64,000 nt of DNA, from NCBI GenBank assembly GCA_030704615.1, contig CM060734.1:49104001-49168000 (forward strand), given 5' to 3'. This DNA comes from Takakia lepidozioides. Its lineage: Eukaryota; Plantae; Bryophyta. The number at the start of each line of letters is the position of its first letter. Positions within the stretch are counted from its first letter, which is position 1. The notes beneath the pieces were generated by a model that was not told the DNA's origin, did no database searches, and saw nothing but the letters and a program-made list of their open reading frames with translations. A program made the translations under genes and the position numbers. Of the stretch, positions 62,339 through 64,000 are shown in pieces.

Positions 62339-64000
62339 ATGTCTTATTATTTGAATTTGAATTTATTTGTAGTCCTTTTGGGGTTCTTGCCCCTGCCATG
62401 TCAAACCGATCCAATAAATTTAGTGAAAAATGGTGATTTTGAGGATATGCCATTTACTTTGGATGTATCGGATCCACTCAAGGATATTGGAACATTCTGG
62501 AGGTTCACAACGTCTATTCCAAACTGGAAAGTGATTTCAAGCTATGTCCAAGTAATTTTTTCCTTATAATTTTTGTCAAGATGAAGTTTTTGAGGGAAAC
62601 TTACTAACACTGATGTACCAGCAACTTCAGTTTTTTTTCTTTTGTTAGACTAATTTTGATTGCGCATGCTGAATTTTTCAGTGTTTTTTCTATTGTTAGA
62701 CTAAGATGGCATTAAAAAAAAATCCATAATTTTGATCGCGCATGATGAATTTGTCAATTAGGCCAACCTTGAAAATTTCTCACCCCGAGTTGTTATGTAT
62801 TGGTTTAATTGTTTGCAGGTTTTTTCATCCCAGGCATTCCAACCCGCAGTTGCAAACTCGTCTTTTTGTGTGCATTTGAATGGAAAAACTGGCCCAGGGA
62901 AAATGGAGAGTGTCACTCTTGTCGCCCCTCGTCACAAAGCACTTTACAATTTCTCAATGCGCATTACGGGAAATCCCGATGGTGGTCCTCTCTATAAACA
63001 AGTTCAAATATCAATTTCTGAGAAATACTGGCTCGTTTTCTACCAAGTAAAGCACAAATTTTTTTTGGCTCAAGGTGATCCGTACATGACCCGAATCCCT
63101 TTGATGTGGATACCACAACAATGGGACTTTGTTGGGTCCGGAAAGGACACCAAATTGACATTCCAGAGCATCACTGACGGCAACTTGGGAATGCTTATTG
63201 ATAATATTCAGGTATGATTATTAAGGAAATTAATATCATGCAACATTTGATTCGCCACAATTAGTATCTTTATGGACGGAGCTCTAAAAACAACAACTTC
63301 AAAATCAATGTGAATATTATGGAAAAAACATAGTCTATAGATGGTTAATATAAAAAGAATTTATCCTAGAAACCATGACTGAGAAACTCAAAGCTCCGAT
63401 TACAAATCATCACAACAAAGTTCAAAAGAAAAAGAAAAAAAGAAAACATCATGCATCAAGAATGATTTAATGAAATACATATTATTAACTCGGACCTTTA
63501 ATAAACATTTTTTTTTATTAAGGTGGTTAAAGGTCTCCACGGTCCAACGAAAGGCAGTAGTCCCTAGGGATGAGACACCATAATTTACGCTTACTTTGGG
63601 AGGCGTCATCCTTTTATTTTAAGGTGGTCCTTAACAATTTGCTCGACAACGGGAGCTTTGAGAATGTAGACAAGAGTTACTTGTACGCAACAAACATATT
63701 ATCCGCCCCCTCATTGGCAATCCAAGGATGGCTTGTAGAATCAGGAAATATCAAATTTCTCCGCGGCGCGAGATTCATATCGTCCGACAACAGCCCTAGT
63801 GTTATTGATCTCAATGGAAACACCTCAGGCACCATATCCATAATTGTTCCAACAAAAATGGACGCATGGTATTCTATACTTTTCGACATCGCAACCAACC
63901 CAGAAGCTGGCAATGGCACTGCTGACATATCTGCAAGTTTGATCCTCAATATCACTAGTCAAGCAAGTGGAAAACAACAGGCAATCAACACATACAAGGT
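62339..64000 (+). CDS. DUF642-like secreted cell-wall protein (two galactose-binding-like repeats), partial
   Basis: Exons 62339-62551, 62819-63211 and 63624->64000: signal peptide, NLVKNGDFE...IPNWKV, VHLNG...YNFSM..GNPDGG...LTFQS...GMLIDNIQ|VVLNNLLDNGSFE...IQGWLVESGNIK...IDLNG. Confidence 0.8.

Overview
Eukaryotic, intron-rich land-plant DNA. Gene content and the lack of recognisable miR168/miR169 sites suggest a non-seed plant such as a bryophyte; this is inference. Host genes assembled by hand from GT-AG exons: NF-YA (+, 13986-16118); a membrane protein with a C-terminal CxxC/DH/CxxC HNH-like domain (-, ~17981-20401); AGO1-clade Argonaute (+, 27086-37391); a secreted potato-inhibitor-I protein (-); a putative permuted papain-like protein (+); an 8-exon, 492-aa catalase (-); an intronless, probably plastid-targeted ORF (-); and a DUF642-like gene running off the right end. 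The most unusual region is 1-~7850, a Mutator-like (MULE) element. Its decayed GCM/WRKY-like + DDE + SWIM transposase sits head-to-head with a spliced ParB/Srx-like (DGNHR) gene. That gene's large intron carries seven ~28-bp palindromes (AAATTGCGTGCGT-nn-ACGCACGCAATTT). A second, non-autonomous element with a 9-bp TSD and asymmetric ends (56571-58669) is nested in a pogo transposase and carries an array of a different palindrome (GTGATGATC-N6-GATCATCAC). Together they suggest MULE families carrying their own accessory protein plus cognate operator-like palindromes. This is reminiscent of ParB/parS or VANDAL/VANC, but it is a hypothesis.
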